This document shows positions 41,963 to 42,150 of a stretch of DNA of 42,150 nt, one piece after another; the stretch's first letter is position 1; every line of letters starts with the position of its first letter. The stretch is from NCBI GenBank assembly GCA_903911145.1, contig CAIWCD010000008.1, forward strand, positions 1 to 42,150, in the 5' to 3' direction. The position numbers were made by a program, and so were the translations under genes. This stretch comes from an uncultured delta proteobacterium. Lineage in GTDB: Bacteria; Myxococcota; Myxococcia; Myxococcales; 40CM-4-68-19. The notes below the pieces were generated by a model. The model made no database searches, had not been told where the DNA came from, and worked only from the letters and a program-made list of their open reading frames with translations.

Positions 41963-42150
41963 ATGGGCGAAGAATCGACCTCAACAGACGACCCAACGCC
42001 TGCCGCGCCTGCGCCGGAATCCTCGCAGCCTGACGCGCCCGCGCCGGAATCCTCGCAGCCTGACGCGCCCGCGCCGGAATCCTCGCAGCCTGACGCGCCC
42101 GCGCCGGAATCCTCGCAGCCTGACGCGCCCGCGCCGGAATCCTCGCAGCC
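41963..42150 (+). CDS. Partial CDS with Pro/Ser/acidic decapeptide repeats; runs off the window
   Basis: AAGGAG RBS 6 nt before ATG 41963; MGEESTSTDDPTPAAP(APESSQPDAP)n; absent from the ORF track. Confidence 0.65.
   Translation, partial: MGEESTSTDDPTPAAPAPESSQPDAPAPESSQPDAPAPESSQPDAPAPESSQPDAPAPESSQ
42011..42150 (+). repeat. Perfect 30-bp tandem repeat (4 full copies and 1 partial)
   Basis: gcgccggaatcctcgcagcctgacgcgccc repeated head-to-tail with no spacers, up to the window end. Confidence 0.97.

Noticed and set aside
42011..42150. 30-bp repeats as a CRISPR array
   Set aside because: Units are contiguous with no unique spacers, the length is a multiple of 3 and in frame with an ORF, and no cas genes are present.

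Overview
High-GC bacterial chromosomal segment, most likely Myxococcota (inferred from mrpB/mrpC-like genes and a deltaproteobacterial-type stand-alone EF-G). The central ~36 kb is mostly housekeeping: acyP, ligA, rho, an envelope/glycosylation cluster, rpmE, mrpB-mrpC, a DnaD-like/DnaC-like/DciA cluster, methyltransferases, SpoIID-like, fusA, acyl-CoA ligase, nadA, patatin, LysR, RluA, M1 aminopeptidase, sucA and tRNA-Leu(UAA). Each end carries an outward-facing gene for a phage gp27/GpD-like (VgrG N-terminal, contractile-injection-system hub) protein with an unusual C-terminal extension in place of a gp5 spike. The left gene is missing from the ORF track; it has three transthyretin-like domains and a long (G/S)DGS repeat. 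The right gene has seven ~75-aa beta-rich repeats plus seven short strand-like segments, in an order that fits a nested (Russian-doll) strand-complementation architecture. This is the most striking observation. Both window ends fall inside coding tandem repeats. All family calls come from motif recognition by eye; no database search was run.
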